The notes beneath the pieces are model-generated. The model ran no database searches. It was not told the origin of the DNA and saw nothing but the letters and a program-made list of their open reading frames with translations. A DNA stretch of 60,734 nt, the filler included. It is 3 parts of 3 records of this genome, joined end to end, with 100 filler letters (N's around TTAATTAATTAA, not from the genome) between each part and the next. Parts side by side here need not be neighbours in the genome. Positions count along the whole stretch, not along the records: positions 46,495 to 60,734 come from SRR20825019_3142; 2 more parts are not named here. One strand, 5' to 3'. Made by a program: the position numbers and the translations under genes. Below, piece by piece: positions 49,656 to 59,507 of this stretch. Each line of letters opens with the position of its first letter. Within the stretch, counting starts at the first letter, position 1.

Positions 49656-50957
49656 TCAGTTCATGAGCAGCGCGGGGATTGTCATGGAGATCGCCGGTAT
49701 GAAGGTGACGAGCATCAGCATTGCCAACATGACGGCATAGAACGGCAGGGAGGCTCGCGTGATCTTCTCGATGCTGACCCCGGAAATCGCACTGCCGAGG
49801 AACAGCGTACTGCCAACCGGCGGGGTGAGTAGCCCGATACCGAGGTTGAGCACGAGAATGACGCCGAAATGTACCGGATCGATGCCGATCTTGGTGACGA
49901 TGGGCAGCAGGATCGGCGTGCAGATCAGGATCAGCGACGACATGTCCATCAGCATGCCCATGAACAGCAGGAACAGGTTCACGATCAGCATCACGACGAT
50001 CGGATTGTCGGAAACCGAAAAAATTCCGTAGGCGATCAGCGCAGGGACTTTCAGGTAGGCGAGCAGCCAGCCGAATGCCGTCGAGGTGCCGATCAGGATC
50101 ATCACGACGCTGAGCGTTTTCATCGATTGGGTGAGGATGTTCCAGAATTCGGACAGCGGGATTTCGCGGTAGACGAAGAAGGTGATGATGAAGGCGTAGG
50201 CCGTTGCAATCGCTGCGGATTCGGTCGCTGTGAAGATGCCGGAAATAACGCCCACGACCACGATCAGGACGGTTCCAAGGCCGAGAGCCGCGCTTCCGAA
50301 GGTCTTCATCAGGACCCTGAAGCTGAAGCTTTCGCCGGTCGGGTATTGCCTGACGCGGGAGACAATATAGGCGAAGATCATCAACGCAATACCGAGCAGG
50401 ATGCCGGGCACCATGCCGGCAAGGAACAGTGCGCCGACCGAAACGCCACCGGCCGAAAGGGCGTAGATCACCATATTGTGGCTCGGCGGAACCAGCACGC
50501 CCTGTACCGAACTGGTGATCGTCACGGCGGTGGAAAAGCCCGCGTCATAGCCCTTCTTGCGCATCATCGGGATCAGCATCTTGCCGATCGCGGTGGTGTC
50601 GGCGGCCGAAGAGCCCGAAATCCCGCCGAAGAACATCGAGGCGAGGATGTTGACCATGGCAAGACCGCCGCGCATCCAGCCGACAAGGGCGCTGGCAAAG
50701 GCCACAAGCTTGTCGGCAATGCCGCCGCGGGCCATGATGTCGCCGGCGAGAACGAAGAACGGCACGGCCAGAAGCACGAAAACATTCAGGCCCTTGACCA
50801 TGTTCTGCGCCACCATGGCGAGCGGCAGGCCGATATAGAAGGTGGTCAGTACGCTTGAAATGCCGATGGCAAACACGATCGGCAGACGCAAGGCGATGAG
50901 AAGCAGGAACGATCCGATCAGAAGGATGGTTGCCGGGACGTCTGTCAGGATATCCAT
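49656..50957 (-). CDS. dctM: TRAP transporter large permease subunit
   Basis: 433 aa, highly hydrophobic; LLAVPFFVLAG, FFGGISGSSAAD, VPPSHNMVIY, GIFTATESA, GIDPVHFGV, IGLLTPPVG. Confidence 0.96.
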   Translation of the reverse strand: MDILTDVPATILLIGSFLLLIALRLPIVFAIGISSVLTTFYIGLPLAMVAQNMVKGLNVFVLLAVPFFVLAGDIMARGGIADKLVAFASALVGWMRGGLAMVNILASMFFGGISGSSAADTTAIGKMLIPMMRKKGYDAGFSTAVTITSSVQGVLVPPSHNMVIYALSAGGVSVGALFLAGMVPGILLGIALMIFAYIVSRVRQYPTGESFSFRVLMKTFGSAALGLGTVLIVVVGVISGIFTATESAAIATAYAFIITFFVYREIPLSEFWNILTQSMKTLSVVMILIGTSTAFGWLLAYLKVPALIAYGIFSVSDNPIVVMLIVNLFLLFMGMLMDMSSLILICTPILLPIVTKIGIDPVHFGVILVLNLGIGLLTPPVGSTLFLGSAISGVSIEKITRASLPFYAVMLAMLMLVTFIPAISMTIPALLMN

Positions 50958-50959
50958 GA

Positions 50960-51463
50960 TCAGATTTTGCTCCCTTGTTCGATATAGCGGTCGCCGGGGA
51001 CCGACAGGATTTCGATGATGCGTTCAACCGCGGCGATGACGAGCAGGGCGCCCGAGACCGATACCGAGGCGTAGAGCCAGGAGGATGAGACTCCCATGCC
51101 GGGCAGGATGTTGCGCACGGTGAGTTGCGCGAGCTTGCCGCCTTCGACCAGCATGAAGATGCCGAAGCAGAGGACGATGGCGTGATTGATCGCGTCAATG
51201 ATGCGGATGGCCGGGCCGGGCAGGAACGCCTCAAGCAGCGTGATGGACAGATGGCTGTTGTCTCTGAGCGCCTGAGCGGGGCTCATCAGACAATACCAGA
51301 CCATGATCATTAGCGAGAGTTCCTCGCCCCAGGCCGGTGCATTATTGAGCACGAAACGCGCGAAAACCACGTAACAGACAAGCACGACCTGGAATGCAAG
51401 CAGTACGTTGTTGACATAGCGAACCGCAGCGAAAACCGGGTCGGTGAATGTTTGAAGCTTCAT
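50960..51463 (-). CDS. dctQ: TRAP transporter small permease subunit
   Basis: 167 aa with 4 TM segments; VFARFVLNNAPAWGEEL..HLSI; lies between dctP and dctM. Confidence 0.93.
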   Translation of the reverse strand: MKLQTFTDPVFAAVRYVNNVLLAFQVVLVCYVVFARFVLNNAPAWGEELSLMIMVWYCLMSPAQALRDNSHLSITLLEAFLPGPAIRIIDAINHAIVLCFGIFMLVEGGKLAQLTVRNILPGMGVSSSWLYASVSVSGALLVIAAVERIIEILSVPGDRYIEQGSKI

Positions 51464-51555
51464 CTTGAGCGCGCCTTGTTCGCAGCGAAAGCCCGAAACA
51501 CGGGGACATCAGGGGGCCGACCGCACGGGCCGGCAACCCCCGTCGTTAAGCGGTC

Positions 51556-52539
51556 CTACTGGGTCGCGAGAATCTGATCGATGGTGTCGCTGAACTCGGC
51601 GCCATATTTCTTGTAGACCGGGTCCACTGCCTTCGGCCAGTCGGCCAGGTCGGTGACCTCGATGATGGTCGCGCCCTTTTCTTCCAGCTCGGCATAAGCG
51701 TCGGCATCCGCCTTGGCGGCGAGTTCCTTGTTGAACACCTCGGTCTCGGCCGCTGCTTCCTTGAGGATGGCCTGCTGGTCTGGCGTCAACCTGTTCCAGG
51801 AAATATCCGAGATCACCATGATCGACGGGCTGTAGGTGTGGCCGTCGACCACGTAATAAGGAGCGACTTCGTAGAAGTTGTTCGCCAGATAGCCGGTCGG
51901 CGGATTTTCAGCGCCGTCCACAACGCCGGTCTGCAGCGAGGAATAGAGCTCGGAATAGGAGATCGGCGTCGGCGAGGCGCCGAAGGCCTTGACCGTGTCG
52001 ATCAGGATCTGGGTCTGCGGAACGCGAACCTTTTTGCCCTTCATGCCCGCAAGATCGGAAACCGGAGCGGACCGGAAGAAGAAGTTGCGCTGTCCCTCTT
52101 CCATGAAAGCGAGGCCGACCATGCCTGTGCCCGAGTTTTCAACGTCGGCCAGAATTTCGTCGCCGACCTCGCTGTTCAGCACCGTCCAGAGATGTTCGCG
52201 GTCGCGGAACAGGTAGGGCAGCGAGAAAATATTGGCTTTGGTGGCGCCGAAATCGCCGAGGCTGACCGCATTCGAGCGGAACATGTCGACGGCGCCCATC
52301 TGCAGCCCCTGCAGCACGGTGCGCTCGTCGCCGAGCTGGCTCGAGGGGTAGATATCGATGACAATCTCGCCGCCGCTCTTTTCGTTGACCAGACGCGCGA
52401 ATTCATTCGCAACCTTGGTCATCGGGTGGTTTTCAGGATTTAGCTCGCCGTATTTCAGCACCACGTCCTGTGCGTTCGCGCTGACCGCAATCATGCCGCC
52501 GAGCAACAGGGCGGCAGCGGATCCGAGTATCTTGTTCAT
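51556..52539 (-). CDS. dctP: TRAP transporter periplasmic solute-binding protein
   Basis: Signal peptide; IYPSSQLGDE, FSLPYLFRD, GKKVRVP (carboxylate-binding Arg), ELYSSLQTGVVDGAENP. Confidence 0.96.
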   Translation of the reverse strand: MNKILGSAAALLLGGMIAVSANAQDVVLKYGELNPENHPMTKVANEFARLVNEKSGGEIVIDIYPSSQLGDERTVLQGLQMGAVDMFRSNAVSLGDFGATKANIFSLPYLFRDREHLWTVLNSEVGDEILADVENSGTGMVGLAFMEEGQRNFFFRSAPVSDLAGMKGKKVRVPQTQILIDTVKAFGASPTPISYSELYSSLQTGVVDGAENPPTGYLANNFYEVAPYYVVDGHTYSPSIMVISDISWNRLTPDQQAILKEAAAETEVFNKELAAKADADAYAELEEKGATIIEVTDLADWPKAVDPVYKKYGAEFSDTIDQILATQ

Positions 52540-52839
52540 AAATCACTCCCTTTGGTTTTCTGAGCCAACCGCTTGCGGATTCACGAAGACGGAGCGCCGG
52601 GATTTCCAACAGACGCGTCGTCGCGGTTTTCGCAACGCGCAGCGGTCTGCTCAAGCCCGACCTTTTCCGATCCTCTTGTCTCCGCTTCCTCCCCTGATTC
52701 CTCCTGCAATACAGAAGGAGGCAAGTTTGCGGCCCGCGAGCGGGCCTCTTCCAGCTGGCATTCCTTGCCGCTTGCTTCGAGGGCCACCCGGTACGCCAGT
52801 ACCATTTCCTCGACCTTCTCCAACCACCGGCAAAGAGAC

Positions 52840-52867
52840 ATTACATACTTGTATCCAAGTGTGCAAT
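52840..52867. promoter_or_regulatory. Putative GntR/FadR-family operator in the divergent promoter
   Basis: 28-bp imperfect palindrome ATTACATACTTGTATCCAAGTGTGCAAT with core ACTTGTATCCAAGT; a GntR gene lies in the downstream operon. Confidence 0.65.
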
Positions 52868-52913
52868 AGGTTATTGAAAACTGGAATTGACAAATCAGCG
52901 GAGGAAAATTGCA

Positions 52914-54050
52914 ATGAGAATTGCGGGGGCAAAGGTATCGGCGCACCGTCTGCCGCCCAGCGTTCCGTGGGAGGATGCGACCAACAAGGTCGAGTGCCTG
53001 GAGTTCGTGGTGGTCGAGCTGACCACGGACAGCGGTCTCACAGGTATCGGCTTCACCTATACCGTCGATATCGGCGGCACCGCCATTGCGGCGCTTGCTG
53101 AGGATTATCTCGCGCCGCTGATCATCGGTATGGATCCGCTTTGTTATGAGGCCATCTGGACGAAGCTGCAGCGCCAGTCGCGCCGGCTCGGCATGGGCGT
53201 GAACGCGCTCGCGATCGCCGCTTTCGATGTCGCTGTATGGGATCTGATCGGCAAGATTCATGGCCGGCCGCTGTGGCAGCTTGTCGGCGGCGCCCGCCCC
53301 GAAATCCCGGCCTATATTTCCGAGATCAACCTTGCCGCCGCCGATACTGCCGAGGATCTGTGCCGGCGCGTCGACGACTATCTGGCGCAGGGTTATCGGG
53401 CGGTCAAGTTCAAGATCGGCCGGCCCGATATCGAGGACGACATCGAGCGGATCACCACGGTGAGGGAGCGGATCGGGGCAGGGGGGCAGCTTTTCGTTGA
53501 CCTCAATCAGCGCTGGTCATCCTCCGAGGCCGTCGCCAAGGCTGCGCGCCTCGATGGGCTTGGCCTCGGCTGGATCGAGGAGCCGATGCTTTATGACGAT
53601 GTGGAGGCGCATGCGCGCCTGCGCAAAAGCATCCGCACCCCCATCGCGCTCGGTGAAAGCCTGCATTCGCGCTCGCAGTTCCTCGCTTATCTGCGCGCCG
53701 ACGCCATCGACTTCGTTCAGGCGGATGTCGCCTTTGTCGGCGGGTTGACGGAATGGCTGCGCATTGCCCATCTCGCCCAGGCTTTCGGGCGGCAGGTGGC
53801 CCCGCATTACATGATGGAACTGTCGTTGCAGATGCTGTGCGCCGTGCCCAATGCCTTCATGCTCGAAAATGTCATCGGCGGCAGCTTCACGGAGCTTGGC
53901 CTGCTGGAGGAACCGATCGTCATCAAGGATGCCGTGGGCCGTCCGCCGGACCGGCCGGGACACGGAATTGTCTTTGATCGGGCAGCGCTTGACCGCGTGA
54001 AGGTAGAAACAGGCGGTTTGGTGCGTGATTTTAAGGGAGGAAGCAAATAG
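52914..54050 (+). CDS. Mandelate racemase-subgroup enolase-superfamily enzyme (probable acid-sugar dehydratase) #1
   Basis: DVAVWDLIGK..PLWQLVGG; KFK (KxK); metal ligands D (VDLN), E (WIEEP), E (GES); His in APH; GGAGG RBS before ATG 52914. Confidence 0.92.
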   Translation: MRIAGAKVSAHRLPPSVPWEDATNKVECLEFVVVELTTDSGLTGIGFTYTVDIGGTAIAALAEDYLAPLIIGMDPLCYEAIWTKLQRQSRRLGMGVNALAIAAFDVAVWDLIGKIHGRPLWQLVGGARPEIPAYISEINLAAADTAEDLCRRVDDYLAQGYRAVKFKIGRPDIEDDIERITTVRERIGAGGQLFVDLNQRWSSSEAVAKAARLDGLGLGWIEEPMLYDDVEAHARLRKSIRTPIALGESLHSRSQFLAYLRADAIDFVQADVAFVGGLTEWLRIAHLAQAFGRQVAPHYMMELSLQMLCAVPNAFMLENVIGGSFTELGLLEEPIVIKDAVGRPPDRPGHGIVFDRAALDRVKVETGGLVRDFKGGSK

Positions 54051-54088
54051 AACAGAGGTTGACGCAAGTCGGTAAGCGGAGGCGAAAA

Positions 54089-54799
54089 ATGCAGGGTCGG
54101 GGCAAGGCGGAGCAACTGGTTGCGGAAAGACGCACCCTTGATGGCGTGATCTACGACGAGTTGCACACACGTATCGTGACCCTCGTTTACGTGCCAGGGC
54201 AAATGATTTACGAAAACGAGATTGCCGCCGAGTTCGGTGTCAGCCGGACGCCGGTGCGCCAGGCCTTCTTCAGGCTTGCCATGGCAAATCTTCTCGAAGT
54301 CCTGCCCCAGCGCGGCGCGCGCGTTTCGTTTCTCTCCAAGGCTAAAGTGCGCGAATCACAGGAAGTGCGCGAGGTTCTCGAATCGGTCGCCGTGGCCAAC
54401 GCCGCTCGCAGATGGGTGGAGGCTTCTCCGGCGAATACGGTTTTTACCGCCGAAGTCGAGGTGATCATCGCGGACCAGGTCAAAGCCGTCGAGGCTTTGG
54501 ACTATGCCGCGTTCACCCGCCTCGACGAGGCCTTCCATTCCACGATCATGCGCTTTGCAGGCAATATCACCTTGTACAATGTCGTCACCGAGATCCGGGC
54601 GCATCTCAACCGCGTTCGCTACATCGAGCTGCAGGAAGCCCATCATGATGGCGAAGCGATCATGTTCCACCGGCAGATTGTCGATGCGGTCAGGTCCGGC
54701 GATCCGGAGTTGGCCAGCGAGCGGATGATCGCGCATCTCAAGGTGCTTGAGGAGTTCCGGGAGGAAATCTTCGCCAAGCGCGACGACATGTTCGTTTAG
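54089..54799 (+). CDS. GntR-family (FadR subfamily, FCD domain) transcriptional regulator
   Basis: HTH ENEIAAEFGVSRTPVRQA..PQRG; FCD-type DEAFH..H..H. Confidence 0.93.
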   Translation: MQGRGKAEQLVAERRTLDGVIYDELHTRIVTLVYVPGQMIYENEIAAEFGVSRTPVRQAFFRLAMANLLEVLPQRGARVSFLSKAKVRESQEVREVLESVAVANAARRWVEASPANTVFTAEVEVIIADQVKAVEALDYAAFTRLDEAFHSTIMRFAGNITLYNVVTEIRAHLNRVRYIELQEAHHDGEAIMFHRQIVDAVRSGDPELASERMIAHLKVLEEFREEIFAKRDDMFV

Positions 54800-54900
54800 G
54801 GCGCGTCCGGGAAAAGTGACCCCGGTTTTCTGTCCGGACGCGCGGAAAAACAAAAGGTTAGAGCGTGTTCGCGATTCAGGGAAACGCGGACATGTTCTAG
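54797..54900. repeat. ~104-bp double-hairpin intergenic repeat resembling Brucella Bru-RS / rhizobial MITE-like elements
   Basis: TAG...CTAG ends. Hairpin 1 GCGCGTCCGG/CCGGACGCGC with inner GAAAA/TTTTC; linker AAAAACAAAAGGTTAGAGC; hairpin 2 TAGAGCGTGTTCGCG/CGCGGACATGTTCTA. Confidence 0.75.
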
Positions 54901-55060
54901 GGCCGGCGGTCCTGCGGGCGGCAATTGCGTCTTCCTGACAGTGGATATCAGCACCTCCGATCATTTCGGATGCGGCGCGCCGTCTGCGACGCGCCCGCAA
55001 GAGCCGCACCCCAAACGGATTTCGGCCTGAGCGTTCAGGCCCTGACACAGGAATAAACGA

Positions 55061-56176
55061 ATGAAAGTCGCCAAACTCGAAACCTGGCACTGCAAACGCG
55101 ATCTCTCGCTTTTTCCGGAGAACCGGGCCGGCGCCAACATGCCGTGGGATGTCGTCGTGCTGCGGGTGGAAACCGATACGGGCCTTCATGGTCATGCCTC
55201 GGCGCTTGCTGCCCGTTCCGGCAAGATCACCGAGACCTATCTCCACGATATCATCGCGCCGGTCGTGCTGGGGCGTGAGGTGGAGGATCGCGAAGCGATC
55301 TGGCACGACCTCTGGAACGTCAACCGGCACCTGACGTTCTTTCCGGTCTATCTGCCCGGCCCGGTCGATGTGGCGCTCTGGGATATCGCCGCGAAAGCCG
55401 CAAATCTGCCGCTCTACAAATATCTGGGCGCCGCGCGAAACGGGCTGCCGGCCTATGCCAGCGGACTTTTTCACCAGAACGACGAGGACTACATCGTCGA
55501 GGCGCTGAAATACAGGGAGCGCGGAATTCCAGGATACAAGGTGCATTCGCCGGGACCGTGGCGGCGCGACATCGAAGTTCATCGCATGGTCCGCGAGGCG
55601 GTCGGCGACGACTATCTGCTGTTTGCCGATCCGGTCGGCGAATACACGCTCGACCAGGCGATCCGGGTCGGGCGCGGGCTTGAGGCGCTGGGCTATGAAT
55701 GGTTCGAGGAGCCGTTCCGGGATTTCGAACTCGCCAAATATACCGAACTCTGCAAAGCCCTCGATATCGCCGTCGCCGCGACCGAAACCACCAATGGCGC
55801 GCACTGGGGCGTGGCCCAGGCGATCGCTCAGAAGGCCGCCGATATCGTGCGCGCGGATGTTTCTTGGAAGGCGGGCGTTACCGGCACGATGAAGATCTGC
55901 ACGCTTGCCGAGTCGTTCGGAATGAACTGCGAATTGCACACCACGACGATGGCCTTCATGGATATCGCCAATCTGCATGTGTCCTGCGCCATCAGAAACT
56001 GCGAATATTTCGAACTTTTCGTGCCTGAATCCGCCTTCCAGTTCCCGCTCAAGGGACGCCTGCCGATCGACGACCGCGGCTGGGCGATGGCGCCGGAGGG
56101 ACCGGGTCTCGGCGTCGACATCGATTGGGACGAGGTCGATCGGCTCTGCGTCTCCCATCGCAGCAGCGCCTGCTGA
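55061..56176 (+). CDS. Mandelate racemase-subgroup enolase-superfamily enzyme #2 (KxH variant)
   Basis: DVALWDIAAK..PLYKYLG; YKVH; metal ligands D (FADP), E (WFEEP), E (ATET); His in CELH; PEGPGLG. Confidence 0.9.
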   Translation: MKVAKLETWHCKRDLSLFPENRAGANMPWDVVVLRVETDTGLHGHASALAARSGKITETYLHDIIAPVVLGREVEDREAIWHDLWNVNRHLTFFPVYLPGPVDVALWDIAAKAANLPLYKYLGAARNGLPAYASGLFHQNDEDYIVEALKYRERGIPGYKVHSPGPWRRDIEVHRMVREAVGDDYLLFADPVGEYTLDQAIRVGRGLEALGYEWFEEPFRDFELAKYTELCKALDIAVAATETTNGAHWGVAQAIAQKAADIVRADVSWKAGVTGTMKICTLAESFGMNCELHTTTMAFMDIANLHVSCAIRNCEYFELFVPESAFQFPLKGRLPIDDRGWAMAPEGPGLGVDIDWDEVDRLCVSHRSSAC

Positions 56177-56204
56177 GACTCACTACGACACAACGAGGAA
56201 CCCT

Positions 56205-56969
56205 ATGGATTTCAAGACCGCATTTTCACTCGAAGGTCATCGCGCGCTCATCACCGGCAGCAGTTCCGGTCTCGGCCTGGCTGCAGCGCAATGCTTCGTG
56301 AGCGCTGGCGCCGAGGTCGTGCTGGTTGCCCGTGACAGCGACAAGGTGGCTGCCGCCGCCAAGGCTCTCGGCCCGAATGCCAGGGCCTTTGCCCATGACG
56401 TCACCGATTTTGACAATGCCGAGGCCTTCGCCGCGAAGGTCGAGGCGGAAGCCGGGCCGGTGAGCATTCTCGTCAACAATGCCGGCAACACCGTCAAGAA
56501 GCCGATCGGCGAGATGTCGGTCGAGGCGTTCCGTTCGGTGCTGGACGTTCACGTTACCGGCAGCTTTGCCTGTACACGGGCGTTTCTGCCGCAGATCACC
56601 GCTCATGGACGCGGCTCGGTGCTGTTTACCGCCTCGATGAGCTCGTTTCTCGGCATTCCCAACGTGACCGGCTATTCGGCATCCAAGGCGGCTTATGTCG
56701 GCATGATCCGGGCGCTTGCCACCGAGCTCGCACCCTCGGGCGTGCGCGTGAACGGCGTCGCGCCGGGATGGATCGATACGCCCCTGTTCCGGGGCGCCAC
56801 GGCCAATGACCCCGAACGCCTCAACAAGATTCTGGGCCGGATCCCGATGGGCCGCACCGGTGAACCCGAGGATATCGGCTGGTCCATGGTCTATCTTGCG
56901 GCCGATGCCGCGCGCTATGTAACCGGTCATATAACGGTGGTTGACGGCGGTGCGTTGCACGGTTTCTGA
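56205..56969 (+). CDS. Classical SDR oxidoreductase (gluconate 5-dehydrogenase/KduD-like)
   Basis: [54 protein letters not shown] before ATG 56205. Confidence 0.9.
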   Translation: MDFKTAFSLEGHRALITGSSSGLGLAAAQCFVSAGAEVVLVARDSDKVAAAAKALGPNARAFAHDVTDFDNAEAFAAKVEAEAGPVSILVNNAGNTVKKPIGEMSVEAFRSVLDVHVTGSFACTRAFLPQITAHGRGSVLFTASMSSFLGIPNVTGYSASKAAYVGMIRALATELAPSGVRVNGVAPGWIDTPLFRGATANDPERLNKILGRIPMGRTGEPEDIGWSMVYLAADAARYVTGHITVVDGGALHGF

Positions 56970-57004
56970 TCCGCCGCGACCATTACCAATCAGGAGTAAA
57001 AAAT

Positions 57005-58414
57005 ATGTCCGGTTTCATCCACGACGATTTCCTGCTCGACACGGAGATGTCGCGACGCCTTTTCCACGGCTTCGCGAAAGACAAGCCGATCTTCGACTAC
57101 CACTGCCACCTGCCGCCCGATGAACTGGCGGAGAACTACCAGTTCAAGGACCTGTGGGATATCTGGCTGCGCGGCGACCACTACAAGTGGCGCGCGATGC
57201 GGGCCAATGGCGTCAGCGAGGCGTTCTGCACCGGCTCGGCGACGCCGCGTGAGAAATTCGATGCCTGGGCGCGCACCGTGCCGGCCACAATCGGCAATCC
57301 GCTCTATCACTGGACTCATCTGGAACTGCGGCGGCCCTTCGGCATCGATGACGTGCTGTTGTCGGGCGAAACCGCCTCTGCGGTCTGGGAGCGGACCAGC
57401 GAAATGCTGGCGAAGCCCGATTTTTCGGCGCGCAGCATCGTCGACCGGATGAATGTGCATACAGTCGTGACCGTGGACGATCCCGTCGACGACCTCGCAG
57501 CGCATCGCAAGGCCAACGGCGACAGCCGGTTTCGCGCGCATGTCGTGCCGTGTTTCCGGCCGGACAGGATCTGCGACATCCGCCAGCCGGGCTTCATGGC
57601 CTATCTCGAAAAGCTGGAGGCGGTATCGGGCGTCGCGATCACATCGATGGCTACTCTTTACGAGGCGCTGTCCCAGCGGATGGATCATTTCGCCGCCGCC
57701 GGATGCACGATCTCCGACCACGCGCTCGACGTCGTCAGCTATGAGGAGGCGACTGAATCCGAACTCGACGCCATCCTCAGAGGTCGTCGCGACGGGGGCA
57801 TCCCCACAGACGAACAGTTTTCCGCCTACCGCACGGCTCTTCTCGCGTTCCTCGGACGCGAATATCACCGGCGCGAATGGGCCCAGCAATATCACATCGG
57901 TGCTCTCAGGAACGTCAACACCCGCAAGGTGCGCGAGATCGGCGAGGCCTGCGGCTTCGATTCGATCAACGACCAGCCGGTCGCCATGGCGCTTGGCAGG
58001 CTGCTTGACGCGCTCGAGCAGACCGACCAACTGCCCCGGACCATCCTTTACTGCCTCAATCCTTCCGACAACGAGATGATCGCGGCGATGTGCGGCAATT
58101 TCCAGGATGGCCGCATACCGGGCAAGATCCAGTTCGGATCCGGCTGGTGGTTCAACGACCAGAAGGACGGCATGTTGCGGCAAATGACCCAGCTCGCCAA
58201 TTTCGGGCTTCTGAGCCAGTTCATCGGCATGCTGACCGACAGCCGCAGCTTCCTGAGCTACACCCGCCACGAATATTTCCGCCGCTGCCTCTGCCAGCTT
58301 CTCGGCCATGGCGTAAGGGACGGCGAAATTCCGGACGATGAGAAACTTCTCGGCCGCATGGTCGAGGACATCTGCTTCGACAACGCCATTCGCTATTTCC
58401 AGGCGAAGGCCTGA
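57005..58414 (+). CDS. uxaC: Uronate (glucuronate/galacturonate) isomerase
   Basis: [79 protein letters not shown]. Confidence 0.98.
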   Translation: MSGFIHDDFLLDTEMSRRLFHGFAKDKPIFDYHCHLPPDELAENYQFKDLWDIWLRGDHYKWRAMRANGVSEAFCTGSATPREKFDAWARTVPATIGNPLYHWTHLELRRPFGIDDVLLSGETASAVWERTSEMLAKPDFSARSIVDRMNVHTVVTVDDPVDDLAAHRKANGDSRFRAHVVPCFRPDRICDIRQPGFMAYLEKLEAVSGVAITSMATLYEALSQRMDHFAAAGCTISDHALDVVSYEEATESELDAILRGRRDGGIPTDEQFSAYRTALLAFLGREYHRREWAQQYHIGALRNVNTRKVREIGEACGFDSINDQPVAMALGRLLDALEQTDQLPRTILYCLNPSDNEMIAAMCGNFQDGRIPGKIQFGSGWWFNDQKDGMLRQMTQLANFGLLSQFIGMLTDSRSFLSYTRHEYFRRCLCQLLGHGVRDGEIPDDEKLLGRMVEDICFDNAIRYFQAKA

Positions 58415-58439
58415 AAGAGCCCTCAGAAAGGTACGAAAC

Positions 58440-59093
58440 ATGAAAGACGAAGAGCTTTTCGCCCTATTTCGCAAAGAACTCTACACGCCCGTCGTCGGAG
58501 ATATTCTCGACGGGCTCGGTCTGTACCACCAGTTCCTGCCGCAGGCGGTCCAGCCGATACGCGAAGACTTCAAGCTCGTCGGCCGCGCCATGCCGGTGTT
58601 GATGATCGATGTCTACGGTCCGCAGAGAAAGCCCTTCGGTCTTCTCACCGAGGCGCTTGACCAGCTCGAGCCCGGCGATATCTATCTGGCCTCGGGCGGC
58701 GATATGCGCTGCGCCTACTGGGGCGAATTGCTGACGGCGACGGCGCGCACCCGCGGCGCCGTCGGTGCGGTCGTCAATGGTTACCACCGCGACACGCCGC
58801 AGGTTCTCGAACAGAACTGGCCGGTATTCTCGCGCGGCCGTTACGCGCAGGATTCCAGCGTGCGCACCGCTGTGGCCGATTTCCGCTGCCCGATCGAGAT
58901 CGGCGGCGTCTGGATCGAGCCGGGCGACCTGGTGTTCGGCGATCTCGACGGCGTATTGGTGGTGCCGAAGAAGCATGAGGCCGAAGTCATCGACAGGTCG
59001 CTCGAAAAGGCCCGCGGCGAAAAGGTGGTTCGTCAGGCGATCGAGGACGGCATGACCGCCACTGCCGCGTTCCGGAAATTCGGCATTCTCTAG
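58440..59093 (+). CDS. RraA/HMG-CHA aldolase-family protein
   Basis: [58 protein letters not shown]. Confidence 0.88.
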   Translation: MKDEELFALFRKELYTPVVGDILDGLGLYHQFLPQAVQPIREDFKLVGRAMPVLMIDVYGPQRKPFGLLTEALDQLEPGDIYLASGGDMRCAYWGELLTATARTRGAVGAVVNGYHRDTPQVLEQNWPVFSRGRYAQDSSVRTAVADFRCPIEIGGVWIEPGDLVFGDLDGVLVVPKKHEAEVIDRSLEKARGEKVVRQAIEDGMTATAAFRKFGIL

Positions 59094-59177
59094 GGCGTCC
59101 TTTGTGCGCCCGGGACAGGTGGATAGCTGTCTTCGGCCACTTGCGCGAGGAGAACAGAGATAAAACGGAGGTCGGCG

Positions 59178-59507
59178 ATGGCGAGCGAATGCTTCATGAT
59201 CGACGGTCGTGACAATGTCGCGACCATGCTTTCCGCCTCTGGAGGCGGACCGGCGCGTGTTCGTAACAGCAGCGCAATTGCGGAGGTGACATTGTCCGAA
59301 GCGATCGAACTCGGCCACAAGGTCGCGCTCACCGATATTCCAAAGGGGGCTTCGATCTTCAAGTTCGGGGTGGAAATCGGTCGGGCCTCGGCCGCGATTG
59401 CCGCCGGCGAATGGGTTCACCTGCACAATTGCCGCAGCGGCTTTGACGAGCGTTCCGCCTCGCTCGACCTTCAGTCGGGCGCCGCCACGGATACCAGATA
59501 TGAGTGA
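59178..59507 (+). CDS. UxaA/GarD/SuyA-family small SAF-domain subunit
   Basis: [44 protein letters not shown]. Confidence 0.9.
   Translation: MASECFMIDGRDNVATMLSASGGGPARVRNSSAIAEVTLSEAIELGHKVALTDIPKGASIFKFGVEIGRASAAIAAGEWVHLHNCRSGFDERSASLDLQSGAATDTRYE

Noticed and set aside
54356-56158. 600-aa minus-strand ORF, and similar ones at 56990-58474, 59359-60678, 47476-48654 and 49869-50858
   Set aside because: Antisense shadows of well-supported genes in high-GC3 DNA, with no recognisable motifs.
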